DNA of 64,000 nt from Octopus vulgaris. Its lineage: Eukaryota. The notes below the pieces were generated by a model that saw only the letters and a list, made by a program, of their open reading frames with translations, did not search any database and was not told where the DNA came from. This document shows, piece by piece, positions 26,011 to 39,966 of the stretch. The position numbers and the translations under genes are program-made. The stretch covers positions 99,696,001 to 99,760,000 of the forward strand of contig OX597824.1 in the NCBI GenBank assembly GCA_951406725.2, given 5' to 3'. The stretch's first letter is position 1. Each line of letters begins with the position of its first letter.

Positions 26011-27289
26011 GACAATAACAATGTGGAGAAAACCAACCAACCACTGGATCTCATCTACTGTCAGATGAGGTAGACAACAGGCTGAGATGTGGTATTCACC
26101 AGGGTTGGGTGTGATAGACACTGAAGTGAGATGTAGTTAGAAACCAGAGAAAATGAAAGCGGGAGTGTGTGTATGTGTAATAGACACTAGGATGAGATGT
26201 GGTATTCACCAGGGTTGGGTTTAATATACTTGAATTTCTTACTGTGTGTTATATTTCAATAAATTGTATTCAAGTGTTTCTTGTGTTATACTTTCCTGCA
26301 ATGTCCTCTACTGTTGAAAAGTGTAATGGCAATATTAGATGTTATTTTATGACTGATTGTAGGTGTTCAAATGTTTGGTATATTTTTGTACTCTTATTGA
26401 ACTGTACTCTACCAGTGTTTATATTTCCTCAACTAACTTTATCCATATTGTTCCATGTATCATATGGATGAATAAAACTATGTTCTCATACATTTAAAAC
26501 CTTTTCTGCATCTCGGGTTTAAAAAAAATTATTTTTTCTATTCTGTTAAAGTATGTGATCAAGTAGTTAGTGTGTTGCTTTCATGACCGTCAGATCGTGT
26601 GTTCATTTCCTGGATTGAGTAGTGTGTTGTCTTCTTGAGCAAAACATTGCATTTTACATTGCTCTAGTATTGTGTGGAAACCGGCATATCAAAGAATAGA
26701 CTCAATGTTTCGTCTGCATATCGTAAAAAGTGACTAAAAGAGGTTGAGGTAGGGTTTGTACTCTGACCTCATAAAATCCTCACTAGCAACAACTTACCCA
26801 AGAAAGAGACCCATGGGTTGAAGGGTTGTTGCCTGAGTGGGGCAAAGATGTCATCTGCCAGTAGTAGGTAATCGACAACAAATGTGGCGGGGGGGGGGGT
26901 CAGCAATATGCTGATATATGGCACAGCTCCCTACTACTACTACTGATATAGGTTTGACACGGCTACAAAGTTTGAAATTTTCGTGTGTTGCATTGTATAA
27001 TCATACTGACACTTATATGACAGGAGTCAACAGCTTAAAACTTATTCCTAAACTAAACCCAATGTACTGATTTCATCTTGGTTATCTCTGTTACTAATCA
27101 TGTCAAACTTTTAAACTGGATGAGGTTTGCTCCAGCTGTGACATATTCTACCATACAACCTAACATATTTCTTGTCACATGAAAGTTAATAATAGCAAGG
27201 GTAAATAAAAATTCAAATCTATTTATTTGTTTACTTTGTATAAGATCCACTGCTTGTGTACAATTTATTTGACCACAATATCATCATCA

Positions 27290-28400
27290 TCATCATTACC
27301 ACCACTGCCAAGCTATTGCATCTTAATTTACTTAACAGAAATGTTATCTTGAGGTTTAGTGGCAGCAACTCTTTTCACATCTCAAGACCTACAGAAATGT
27401 GCCATCTATTTGTTGTTTTATGTTCCATCCCAGACAGTTTTCTTCATCGATAACACAGATCTTGCATCCTATGAGCCCTCTTCCAGCCTTGTTTCTGGAC
27501 ACATACAATCTATTGACATTGCTTTTAATGTGCAATCCTTTGCTCTTTGTCATCAATTTCCTCAAGCTCATTCTTTGTCCATTAACAACACCTGCACCAA
27601 ATCACATTAAGCAGACAGCCTATGTATTCATTTCTCTGATCTTGTTCTTTCCATTGAATCTATTCTCCATAATTAATTTGGTTCTGAGGTATTCTCACCT
27701 AAAGCCTTCCTTCATTTCACACTCCTTAATTTTGTCACACTCTAAAATACCCAGATACTTAAATCCATCCACCTCACCATTCTTAATTCTCTCACTGTTA
27801 GCCAGCTCTACACCATCAGTTGACATTACTTTCCCTTTGTTTATGATAAGCACACCACACTTATTAATCCCAAATTTCTTCCTAACATCATTACAGAATA
27901 TCTCCACTGTTGAGACCACACCATTTATTTCACACTCACTCTTACAACAGATCTATGTCATTCCTATGCAACACATGATTCAACTTTTCCCCCACTTTTC
28001 GAAGTGTACCCTGCTGTCACTTTCCATAATATCTGTGTGATTGTCATTATTATTAGTATTATTATTATTTCATATACATACAACAAATTAAACTGTTGGA
28101 AAAAATTTTAACATCGGATTACAACAAGTAACCTTAGATACCAAGGACCTTCCTAAGTATCCTAGCTGTCCCTAATAACAATGCTTTCTGGAGTTGCACT
28201 TAATTAGGTTTTATGCCTATTTCCTTTATCTATCTGTTCCAATCTTTAGGTATAGATCCTAATGCACATATAACTACTGGAATACATTTTACCTGCACCT
28301 TTCATAGCCTTTGTAATTCAGTGGCCAGGTCTTGGTACTTTGCTGTTTTCTCTATACCTCTTATATTGACTTTCTCATCATTTGGGACTGTAAAGAAGAC
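27290..28400 (-). mobile_element. R4/Dong-like (restriction-like endonuclease) non-LTR retrotransposon fragments
   Basis: FGINKC, FKYLGILE, RLYVSRNKAGRGL, EK.AKYQDLA.EL.RL, ALGSIPK, LQKALLLGTARILRKVL. Confidence 0.75.
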
Positions 28401-29934
28401 CCACCCACTGCGACAGAATTGGGATCCTAAAACCAAGGTGCTACATAAAAAACACTGGTGATGGTGCCATGTAAAAAGCACCCAGTACATTCTGTAAAGT
28501 GATTGGTTTTAGGAAGGGCATCCAGCTATAGAAACCAAGCCAAAACAGATTGTGGAACCTCATAAGACCCCTGTCAAGCTGTCCGGCCCATGCCAATATG
28601 GAAAATGGACGTTAAATATTGATGGTGATTACTGGTGTCATAGTTTGAGGAAAGACTACAACATCTGGCATGTGGCTACATCAGTGTTTGGATGGCACAT
28701 GTTTGTACCTCATATCTCTCTTTCTCCTCATTACTTGGACATTAAGGAAATCAATAAAGAAATATATAAGTTTATGGTTGCCCTTATTGAGGAATATCTT
28801 TGTCACCAGTAGAAGCAATTTTCCTTTATGTCAACTCAGAAAACATTGGGAAAGTACTTCCAAGATGAAGACCAGCAATCAGTTGATATTTGTTGAGTAT
28901 TTTTGTAGAATGCATTGCCAAAAGCTAAGTATTTCAGTTTTGGAGTTATCAACTTGTAGCTGAATAGGCGGAGTTAATCACCACTACACACTACAACTAC
29001 ACAACACTGCACTCATTCCTGTACCACTATTTATTATTAAGTGATAATTGTACCCCCTTCAGCCACATACAATCAATTGTACCCCCCCTCCTACCACATA
29101 CAATGATGAAAATAATTTGAGCTTCATCATTTTTTTTTTACCATCAGAAATCAACAGAAATATTTTTACAAACTAAAATGATCAAGAATTAGGTTTAGTT
29201 GTAATGGACAGAATATAGATGTTGGATCAAAGAAAGATTTTAGAACCATAATGATATGAGTAATGTACTTTGTAGACATACAAGCCTGTTATGAAGAAGT
29301 GAGTGAGAGTAGACCACAAATATTTTTGCTGCTGAATTCAAGAATGTCTAGTGAAGATAAATCAATGACTCAGTCAGGAAGTTCTGAAAACCTGGACAGA
29401 AATATTTACATTACAACAACAGTAAAATCAGGAATATGATTGATAACTAGCACAATATCCATTCCCACCTGACTCTCCTCTTCTTGTAACACCCCACTAA
29501 GTTGCACACCCAAACACCATTGGAAGATTTCATTTTATTAAACATTTGGTTTTCAAATAGCACAGGTAACAAGAAGTGATATCACAACTAACTCCCCTTT
29601 ATATCCTAAACAATCCACACACAAACCTATGACAACTCTTCCCAGGACATTACCTTCTCTTTCAACTCACACTGTCTTGGTAAACAACCCATCAACAGCA
29701 ATCGTTATCATAAAACACTCACATCACAGTCAAGAAAGCAAAATCCACTTTTACAAACTTCAAAAAATCCTTTTAGACTAAGTTTCACCAACAAACAGAA
29801 TCAAGATTTTCAGAATTCAACAATAATACCAAGGGAGATTTTATATTACATGTATCTTTTTTGTAGGAATAATAAGTCTGTCTTCCTGACCGTCTGTTTG
29901 TCTGACTGTATGTGGCTGTCTGTCTGTCTATGCA

Positions 29935-30240
29935 GTGTGTAACTGTGGCTTTGAACTGGTTGATCCCCCTCCTTATTCGACTGATTTAACCCCATCTGAC
30001 TATCTTCTATTCCCCAACACCAAAAAAAAAAAAGAAAAAAAACCCCACTTGACTGGGAACCAGTATCACAATGATGATGATATCATATCTACTGTTGCTT
30101 ACTTATTTGAGCAACAAGACAAAAACTTCTTCATCCAAGCACTGCAACACTGATGGAAGATGTATGTGGACTGCAAGCGAACTGTGATGAAAAATAAACT
30201 TCATTTGATTACATTACATGAAAGTATCTGCCAACCATTG
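29935..30240 (+). mobile_element. mariner transposase 3' fragment
   Basis: PPYSTDLTPSDYLLF (YSPDLAPSD motif). Confidence 0.75.
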
Positions 30241-30854
30241 CATGTATGTATGTATGTATGTATGCATGCATGTATGTTTGTATGTATGTCATTATTCATT
30301 TTATTTCAAGATTTCTTGCCAATAGAGTAAGAACCAGTTTCTAACCTAGATCCAAGGTTCCTTCATTGGAATTTCATGATCAACAACTGTTTGTGCGTAT
30401 GTATGTACTGACATACATATGTATGTACGTATGCACATGTGTGTGTATGTATGTGTGCTACAAGGTAACAGCTGGTTGTATTGAGTATTTATCCTGTGCA
30501 TTTCAAGGCTAAGCATAATCTATACAATATATATAGGACTGAACTTTAGGGTCTGTGCACAGCATCTGTCGTATATTTAAAAAATAGTTTCCTTTAATAT
30601 CATTCCTTTGCTGGTTTGCTATTCATGAAACAACAGCTCACTCTCTCCTGAGTCAACAGCTAAGTTTTTTTTATTATTATTCAAATAAATCGTCAATAAA
30701 TCTAGGTTTCCCCCTTCTTTCAATATCTCAATTGCCAAAACCACATGTATTCCGTTTCAGTTTCAGCCAGCCTCCCTCCTCATTGCAAAATGTTTATACA
30801 ATAAATTTGTCGATTTGAATGTACATGTGTATTAATTTAGTGTTAATAATAATA

Positions 30855-32480
30855 GGCTTAGGAGTTGCTGTGTGGTAAGTAGCTTGCTTACCAACCACAT
30901 ACTCCCAGGTTCAGTCCCACTGCATTGCATCTTGGGTAAATGTCTTCTACTGTAGTTTCAGGCTGACCAAAGCCTTATGAGTGGATTTGGCAGACAGAAA
31001 TTGGAAGAAGCTTGTCGTATATATAGATACATACAGGGTGTGTAAGATATTTGAGGACAGATTTATGTTAATAAAAATTAGATATATAATAACAGATAAT
31101 AACTTTACAAAAAATGCTATGGGGATAAAAATAAATCTTTTCTATAATGTTATTCAATAAAGCCTCCTTCAGCTTCAACAACTGCTTCTATATGAGAACT
31201 AAATCATCTACATGCTTGAATCAAGTGGTCCTGGTTCATTCTGGACATTACTCTGACTATGGCAGCTTTCAAAGAATCTTTGGTGTTGTGGGCATGTTCA
31301 TTGACCTCCCTCTCAACAACACTCCGCATGTAATAGTCCAATGGATTGAGATCTGGGGAATTAGGAGGTCAAATGTTAGGGGTTATGTGATCATGAAAAT
31401 TTTCAGCCATTCATTCCTGTGTTACTAGAGTCATGTGAGATAGTGCTGAGTTTTACTGAAACATATATGGCCTTCCATTGCATACACTGTCTATTCAGGG
31501 CTTAACAATTATTTCCAGGACATCAATGTAGGTGGCAGAGTTAATTCTAAGGCCTTGTGGAAAGAAGTAAGGAGGCATCACATGTCCTTCATTGCTGACA
31601 ACCCCAAAAACCATGACAGTTGCAGGAAATTTTGTATGCATAACATTTGCACATAACCATCTGTCATTTCTTCTGTTAACTTTTTGATCTTGGTCGAAGT
31701 TTTTCTCATTAGAGAAAAACCAAATCAAATCTTCTGCTGAATTTTTCAGTTTGTTTAAGAGCCTTTTAGATCTGATGTAGTGATTTTCTTTTGCTTTTCT
31801 GAAAAATTGACCTTTTCTCATCATATAAGACTTATAACTAATGTCTTCATGGACAACATTTCTGACTTTTCCTTCTGACACATGGAGATCTTTTGCAACT
31901 AACTTCATGGGCTTTCTGGGATTGTAATGAAAGGTCTGTTGAACTTACTGGATAAATTCAGGTGTTCTGATGATTTCAGAACATTTAGAATGCTTTTTAT
32001 GCTTTGATACTGGTGATACGTTTCCATCTTCAGTCTCTAGCTCCTTACAAACTTTGTAGATGAAAGATCTGGAAACTTTTAAAACTCAAGATATTTCTAA
32101 ATTGTTATGCTCAGACTTTATAACCACAATAACAGCATGCCTCTTTATTTCTTGAGTAAGCTGAGGGTCTGCCATTATTATTTTCTGAAACAAAGATTAT
32201 ACAGTGAGCAAAATATGCTGCAGTGACCCCAAAAAGGTATGTCCTCAAATACCTTATGTACCCTGTATATGTATATGTTTGAGTGTTTGTGTTTGTCCCC
32301 CCACCGTCGCTTGACAGTTGATGTTGGTGTGTTTACATCCCTGTAACCTAGTGGCTCAGCAAAAGAGACTGATAGAATAAGTGCTAGGCTTACAAAGAAT
32401 AAGTCCTGGGGTCAATTTGTTCAACTAAAGGCAGTGCTTCAGCATGGCTGCAGTCAAATGACTGAAACAAATAAAAGAAA
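30855..32480 (+). mobile_element. tRNA-derived SINE split by a transposon insertion
   Basis: Head tgtgtggtaag...ggttcagtccc (A/B boxes) at 30855-31030; body and tail (...gcagtcaaatgactgaaacaaataaaag) resume after 32267. Confidence 0.7.
31034..32265 (-). mobile_element. Tc1/mariner superfamily DD37D (maT) transposon, full-length but pseudogenised
   Basis: TA|CAGGGTGTGTAAGATATTTGAGGACA ... TGTCCTCAAATACCTTATGTACCCTG|TA; motifs WFFS(N)EK, FQ*(N)SA and SPDLNPLDY, with 37 residues between the second and third catalytic positions. Confidence 0.88.
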
Positions 32481-32989
32481 TAGTTAAATATTATGACTTT
32501 TTCTTATAAGCCTGTTTGAGCTAAGTAGGGACTAAACCCCGTTTGCATAGGGTCTGTGCACAGTGTCCAATTTTGCATATGTTATACCCCCACCACCACA
32601 ATTTTAATTTGTACATGAACTGTTTCACCTGACGACTCCCATACTCCTCCAGTGTGAGTACATATTCTGCTTACTTTTCTCTTTGTCTCATATACCTTCA
32701 TGCAGGCATCCAGATGAGTGTTGTATACAGTTAAAGGTGCCGCATATATAAACATTTAGACATATATTTTAAACTGTCCTACATAACCGCCCTATCCTCT
32801 CTTCCTGGTCAACCTTCATGCTCTATTCTCATACCCTCTTCATCTCTTCTGGGCTTTTGCTCTGGATATTGTATGGAATGGGGAAACTGATTTATTGTAA
32901 TTCACTGAATAAACTATGTAGCAAAGCTTCATGCTGGCTGGAAAGCATTTGTTTGTGCAGATCTTCTTTTCAGCAGATGACAAAACTTC

Positions 32990-35900
32990 CACAACTGCCT
33001 TCTCACCATCACAATGAAAGGAAGGCGTGGGGAGATTATTGAAATGTTGGAGTGATGTCATGTTGATGTGTATGGTGTGTAAGAAGTAAGATGGAGAGAA
33101 GCCTCTGCTAGATCCCTCATGGGTAAGGCACAGAGATTCAAATTCTTCTGGGTAAGCAGGAGTGATGGAGTGGATGGTGTAGGCATATTGTTAGCAGAAA
33201 AGTAAGTAGATAAAGTAATTGAGGTAATCATAGTATGTGATAGGGTAATTAAGATGAGACTTATCATAGGTAAATGAACACTTACATTTATCTCTGCTTA
33301 TGCTCCTCAGTCTGGGTTGGCTGATGAGCAGGACCAATTCTATGAGGTCCTTTTGCAGACTACCTCAACAACAAATAACAGACTCTTCATTATTGTGGCT
33401 GGTGACTTCAGTGGACATGTTGGACAGCATCCTCATGGATTCCATGGAGTGCATGGTGGTTATGGTTTTGGCCCTAGGAATGAGGAGAGAACAAGACTGC
33501 TGGAGTTCTGTGATGCAAATAATCTCACAATCTGCAACACTAACTTCAGAAAACCAGCCAGCCACCTAATCACTTATCAGTCTGATGGGTACATGAGCCA
33601 GATTGACTACCTCCTCACCAGACAATGAGGTTGACTGATGCTTGCAAATACAAAATCTTTCTAGGTAAAGAGTGTACAACCCAACATAGGCTACTAGTTA
33701 GTGACTTCAGAATTAGAGCTAGAAAGACTCACAGAAATAAACCAATCTGGAAAAGAAGACCATGGAAACTCAAAGACCCAACAAACAGACAAACATTGAG
33801 AGATTTCCTAATGAAAGCTTCTGATGAGAGAGGAAGAAATGGAGACATATACCTTAGAGGAGAATTGGAAGTTCCTGCAGGAGAATCTACTGAGGGCTCT
33901 GTGGTTGGTACAGAATCCCAGCTGGGCCAAGAGTGACATAGTGATGGAGCAAGGAGGTAGATAATGCTATAAAAGCAAAGAGACAGGCAGAGAATTATAA
34001 TAGGGTTGCCAGAAGGACAGCTATGTTAGGTTTATATAGCAAAAGGAACAGTAGAAGGTAAGACATTTGCAAATGCTCTACAAAATGAGGATCAGAGGCA
34101 TGAAGCTTTCAGGATTGCAAAGTAGTGTATCAGAGAGAATAGAGATGTGGTGGGTGAGAAATGTGTGCAAATGGATAATGGTATGCTTGTGCTTGGTGAC
34201 TCAGAGAAGAAAGATGTATGGAAGTGTCACTATGAATGGTTACTAAATGTGGAAAATGAATGGGAGAAGAAGAGTCATTCAAATATCGAACAACTTGAGG
34301 GACCAGCCATTAGAGTTGACAGCAGCATAATAGATAAGGCAATTAAGAATATGAAGACAGCGGAAGCCTCTGAACCATCAGGAATCACTTCTAGGATGAT
34401 TAAAATATCCAGTAGTGTAGGATACAGCCTAGTCGCCCTTATAGTTAATCGGGTTATTCAAGAAGGTGTCACCCCCAATGATTGGTGTAGTAGTATTATA
34501 GTTAGCTGTTACAAGAGTAAAGGTGATGTCTCAGATAAAACCAACTACAGAGGTATCAAACTGCTAGACCAGGTTTTGCACCTGGGAAGATGCCATCTTC
34601 CTAGTGAGACAGCTGCAGGAAAAGTATTTGGCCAAAAGCAAGCTATTGTACTTAACTTTCATTTACCTAGAGAAAGCTTTCAACAGTTACCCACTCTGTT
34701 TCTAGAGGTCTCTGAGCAAGCTAGGAGTAGAGCAGTGGTTTGTTAGAACTGTACAAACCATGTACAGTGGTGCTGTCACTAAGATGAGAGTTGGCCATGA
34801 ATACAGTGATTAATTTAGCATACAAGTAGGGGTTCACTAAGGTTCAGTTCTCAGTGCACTCTCATTCATTATAGTCCTTCAGGCCATAACAAAGGAATTC
34901 AAAACTGGACGCCTGTGGGAACTGCTTTATGCAGATGACCTTGCTCTTATTGCAGAATCTGTAGCAGAATCGGAAAAGAAATTCCAGATATGGAAGCAAA
35001 ACCTTGGAATCAAATGGCTTTAAAGTCAAGAAAGAAGATAAGACTCTTTCTGTCAGGTAAATGGCCTTGCTCAATATGTAGGCAAGCAATTGGAAGTGAT
35101 TCCATTCACTGCATCCAACATAAGCTATGGATACATAAGAGGTACAATAGAATCACAGAGAGATTCTATTTTACCTCTTATGTATCCATTAGTCTCTCAC
35201 AAATATCCAGGAGGCTCTTTGGAGGTTGTAGATAGTTTCTGTTACCTAGGTGACCAAATTAGCAATGATGGAGGATGTTCTGAAATTGTTTCTAGAATAA
35301 GAATAGGATGGAGGAAGTTCAGAGAACTATTACCTCTGTTGGCAACAAAAAGATTCTCTCAGGTAGATTGTACGATGCTTGTGTACAAACGGCTGTACTT
35401 CATGGTAATGAGACATGGGCTCTGAATGCAGAATACATGCATAGACTGGAGAGAAAATGAAGGCAGTATGTTCCATTGCATGTACAACATCAGCGTGCAT
35501 GTATGACAAAGTGCAGATGTATTGAGAGAAAAGTTGGGTATAATAGGAATCAAATGCAGTATGCAAGAGAATATATATGAACGAAGACAGCTGCGTAAAG
35601 AAGTGTCATTCATTGAAAGTAGATGGTACCCATGGAAGAGGGAGGCCCAGGAAGACATGGGCTGAAGTGGTATGGACCGATCTCAAGATGCTGGACCTCA
35701 CAGAGGAAATGACAATGGACTGAGATATCTGGTGAAATGAAGTTCTTGAGAAGACTCGCCCACTTCAGCAAAACTGAGTTCTAGTAGCACTGTGTTCCAC
35801 CCACACATAACAAGAACATTTTTCACATGTCCTACCCCAACAAACCTAACTACATCTCAACTCTTTCTCACATCTCTTTTTTCACACACTATGCTTACCT

Positions 35901-36618
35901 CTCACTCTCCAATCCTGTCCTCATGGCCCTGTTCACTGTATTATTGCTGTCCGGTACCACCCCCTCTATATACCCAGGTTTTCACCATTCACTGCATTCC
36001 CCCTCCCAGTTCTTTACTCATGCTTCTTTGGCAATGTCCTGCCACTCATATTATTACCTTCATACTTCCATCACTCTCTTCTTTTACTCAACTATCCCAT
36101 TTATATTCTGATCCCAGTCCCTTGGGAATATGCCTGGCACTTTGCCACCATCTCTCCTCTACTCCCTTGTACTTTTGCTGTCTCCCACTCTCTTTCTCTC
36201 CTTCTCCTGCCCTTCCCTCAGCTTGGGTAACCATGTATCTCTTTTACAGTGGCACACCTGTTTCTGTCCTCATTCCTGATCACTCTCACTCTCTCTGTTT
36301 GGGTAACCATGTACCTCCTCTACAGCAAGACACCTGTTTCTGTCTCTCTGTCTCACTATACTTTTTCATCAACTGACAAAAGATCCCCTCCTCCAATACA
36401 CCCTTCCCTCTCAAAAGATCTTTGTGTTGCAAGTTAGTTGGTGACCCTACCAGTGATAAAGCCACGTAAAAAGCATTCATTTCACACTGTAAAGTGGTTG
36501 ATGTTTGGAAGGGCATCTAGCTGTAAAAATCTTGTCAAAACTGAGCTTGCCTGTGCTTGTGCCACCTAAAAAGCACTCAGTCCACTCTGCCGGATGGTCA
36601 GTGTTTGGAAGAGCATCC
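32990..36618 (+). mobile_element. Near-full-length decayed RTE LINE (APE endonuclease, RT, Cys-rich insert, 3' UTR)
   Basis: YAPQSG, GDFSGHVG, SQIDYLL, NYRGIKLL, LLYADDL, CSICR...C...WIHKR, DSFCYLGD, GRPRKTW; frameshifts and stops throughout; the tail continues after 37795. Confidence 0.9.
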
Positions 36619-37787
36619 AGTAATTCTTTGGAATTCCCCCCACCTTATAACTTTTTTACCAGTAATTTAAAAAGAAAAATGTTTTTCAGATTCATGTATT
36701 CGATATCAAAGATTATAATTTACCAAAAAAAAAATGTTTTTTAATCTCAATTACCCCCCACCTAATTTATTTACTATGTTTACAATTGACAAGCCATGCT
36801 GTCACACACAAAATGACAGCTTTCAAATCCTGTTTCCTGCAGGAGAAAATTATCAAACTTTAAGCCTCTATAATTTTTTAAAAACATTTTTCTGGAAAAA
36901 GTGAAACAACTGTGCATATGTCACAGAGGGAATTCTTCCAATTACAAAGAGTCTCACGATTCCATCTCAGCCTCTGTTAATATTTTCTTTCAGATGCTTC
37001 TTCATGTACCCAGAAGTAAATGAACATTAAATTTTCTCTTAAATCCAGATTACTATTGGCAAAGAATGTGTTACGTCTCAAACCTTTTTCCTTTCTACAT
37101 GGCCTTCTGAATCTCCATCTCAATCGTTCCTTTGTTTTACCACCCTTTGTCAATTCCATATTTTGGTTACATGTGCAACAAACTGTCACACGATGTAACA
37201 GTCCAATATCTTGGCAAAATGTAATTGTCAATTTAGTTGTTGCTGTTGAGTCAAGCAATTGATGGCTATTATAGATTCTGAGATCAATAAACTTCATAAT
37301 TAAATAATGAAGTTGAATTGTGCTTGTATATCTTTTTAATCAACTTCATTGTATGTTTGACACTAACTTTTAACGGTTCTATAATAGATCCAGTTGAGTT
37401 TGGCAATTAACATTTCAAAAATTGAAGTTTATCAAAAATTTTAAAAGTTTGCACAATAATGTACATTTCCCAGCTAAATTGCAGGAGTTGTTTCCCTTCT
37501 TCCAGAAAAATGTTTTTAAAATGTTACAGAGGCTTAAAATTTGATAATTTTCACCTGATCGGGAAAACAGGATTTGGAAGCTTTCATTTGGTGCACGACA
37601 GCATGTCCTGCCAGCTGAAAACAAAGCAAATAAATTGGGTGGATATAGGTGTAGCTGGGGGGGGGGTAGAATTAAATTTATTTTTCTTTGCTAAATTGTA
37701 ATCTCCGATATCGAAAACATGAATCTGAAAAAAAAAAAAAAATTACTGGTTCAAAAGTTATGGTGGAGGTGATTCCGAAGAAGTACC
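36619..37787 (-). mobile_element. Merlin (IS1016/ISXO2-like) DNA transposon, internally deleted
   Basis: ~290-bp imperfect TIRs; perfect 8-bp TSD GAGCATCC (36611-18 / 37788-95); ORF 36977-37297 GLL....C.TC...M...WR....CR....LRRNTFF..S.L.L......YFW resembles the Merlin transposase N-terminus. Confidence 0.8.
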
Positions 37788-39012
37788 GAGCATCCTGCTG
37801 TAAAAATCCTGCTAAAACAGAAAGAAGTCTGGTGCAGGCTCCTGTCTGGCCAGCGCCTGTCAAACCATCCAACCCATGCCAGCATGGAAAGTGGACATTA
37901 AACAATGATGCTGATGATGATGATAAACAAATTCAGTGAAACACAAACACAACATAGCTACTTAATCACGTACAACTCAACACACAAACGGTGAAATGAT
38001 TAGATACAAACCTAAATAAGCAGACAGAAAATCCCGGACTAAATTGAAACTGTGAATTAATTGAAAGTACCAACCCACTCAAACTGTCCAACCCATGCCA
38101 GCATGGACAACCGACGTTAAATGAGGATGATGATGATGGTTGTTTTGTACAGCAACACTGTTAAGAGTAAAAACAAAATTCAGCCTTTATATATCACATT
38201 TATCTTCAGTTTTTTTTTTTTTAATTATAAATTTCACTGCCTTTATCCCCTTCTTTGCAACAGGCTTGTATAACTAAAATGTAGGTTACTCATGTTATTG
38301 TGGTTCCTAAAATCTTTCCTTTCACATCTTTGATCTATCCATTCCAACTAAACTTCATTTTGGAGTATTTCAGTTTATCAAGATAATTCTGTCATTCCTG
38401 ATCGGAATAATCGATGAGGCTCAAATTATCTTCATTATTAGTTGATTGTGAGTAGGAGACAATCTGATTACCAGGAGTTCCTGTAGGAATTATTTTTGAT
38501 ACCAAAAGATTGTGAATTACCCCAATGACTCAGCCAGGCCTATAATTTTTTTTCTTTTCATTTTGTTTTTTAAAAGCTTTATTTGGATTTCTAGGCTTTC
38601 AACATCAAAGATTATATTCTACAAATAATTTTTTTCTGTTTTCAAAATTTCGTGTTTTACTTCCTCTTCTCCCTTGGGGAGTTCACAACTAGCGGTAACA
38701 ATTTTATTTTTGGCTTGTTTTCAAAGAATTTTTCTAGTATTCTGTTTTAAAAATAGATTATGATTTTAAAATAAAAGTTTTGAGTTAGCAATTATGAATT
38801 TGTGTTTTAGGACAGGGTTTAAGATCATTTTTTTTTTTACAAGTAAATGGAGAAACTAAATTGTGAATTTACCATTTCTTTTCAGAACTGTCATCTGTCT
38901 ATCTCTTGCTCAGAAGCTTTATTATAATTAATGTCAATTCCTTGAGTTTTCAACCCTTTTTGGTTTGAAGAATGAGATAGTTATTGATAGGATGCCGCAA
39001 CTGTATCCTAAA

Positions 39013-39892
39013 GGGTCAATATAAAGATCCTCACCCGTTAACAAAAAAAGCCAACAAAAAACATAGCCTGCTGGGTGTGTAGAAAACGAATCCGGGGAGG
39101 GGGAGAACTTTCGGAAAATTCACAAGATCTGATTTTCCCCTCATAACTTTCAGGAAAATGGATATATATTAAAAAAAAAACCCTCCCCTCCCAATTCTAC
39201 AGCCTTGGCCTTCAATTCGGCTATCCACATGCTAGAAATAACAGCCAAGTCTCAAATGGGCAAGACCATTTTCAGTTCCACAAACACACGATGTTTTGCG
39301 CAGGTCAAATGATTCTCTTTCATTTCACTTTGTCTCAGTATTTCGTTGCTATTTTTACTTTTCTTTTTCAAATGAGTTTGCTGTTATTTCTGCACTCATA
39401 TTTTTTGTAATTTTCAAAAAACAAACAAAAAAAATTAACTCTTTAATTTCACTTGAATTGCTTTATCATATTATGTCGGGAAATTACTCTGAAAGAAATC
39501 TTTGCAGAAACGTGAGTAGATTGATTACATATTTCTTTTATTATGTTATCGCAGTTTTGTGAGATTTGGCTGTTATTTCTAGCATTTGGATAGCCTGCTT
39601 TTTTTTTTTTTGAAAAATTGAAATTTTACAATTTTTTTTTCAGAATCGGATTCTCCACAGCCGAAAACGTAAGATTTCGTAAAAAAAAATCAATATATAT
39701 TCCATTTTCCTGAAAGTTATATGGGAAAAATTGGATCTTGTGAATTTTCCGAAAGTCTTCTCCCCACCTCCCAGGTTCGTTTGTGCAATTTTTTTTCCAG
39801 ATTCGTTTTCTCCACAGTTGTTAACACCCAGCAGGATGGGTTTTTTGTTTTGTTTTGTTTTCGTTATCAGGTGAGGATCTTTATATTGAGCC
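39013..39892. mobile_element. Foldback/MITE with long imperfect inverted arms
   Basis: GGGTCAATATAAAGATCCTCACC ... GGTGAGGATCTTTATATTGAGCC plus further inverted blocks (CTTTCGGAAAATTCACAAGATC); no TSD recognised. Confidence 0.65.
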
Positions 39893-39966
39893 AGTTCTGA
39901 CCTTTTTTAGTCGTCTTTACAGTATTTAACATACTTTAATATAAAATGTGGGATTTTGTGAAACTT

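Noticed and set aside
27399-28040. 213-aa plus-strand ORF (likewise 35792-36376)
   Set aside because: Antisense to an R4/Dong LINE fragment, or low-complexity pyrimidine-rich LINE UTR; no protein features.
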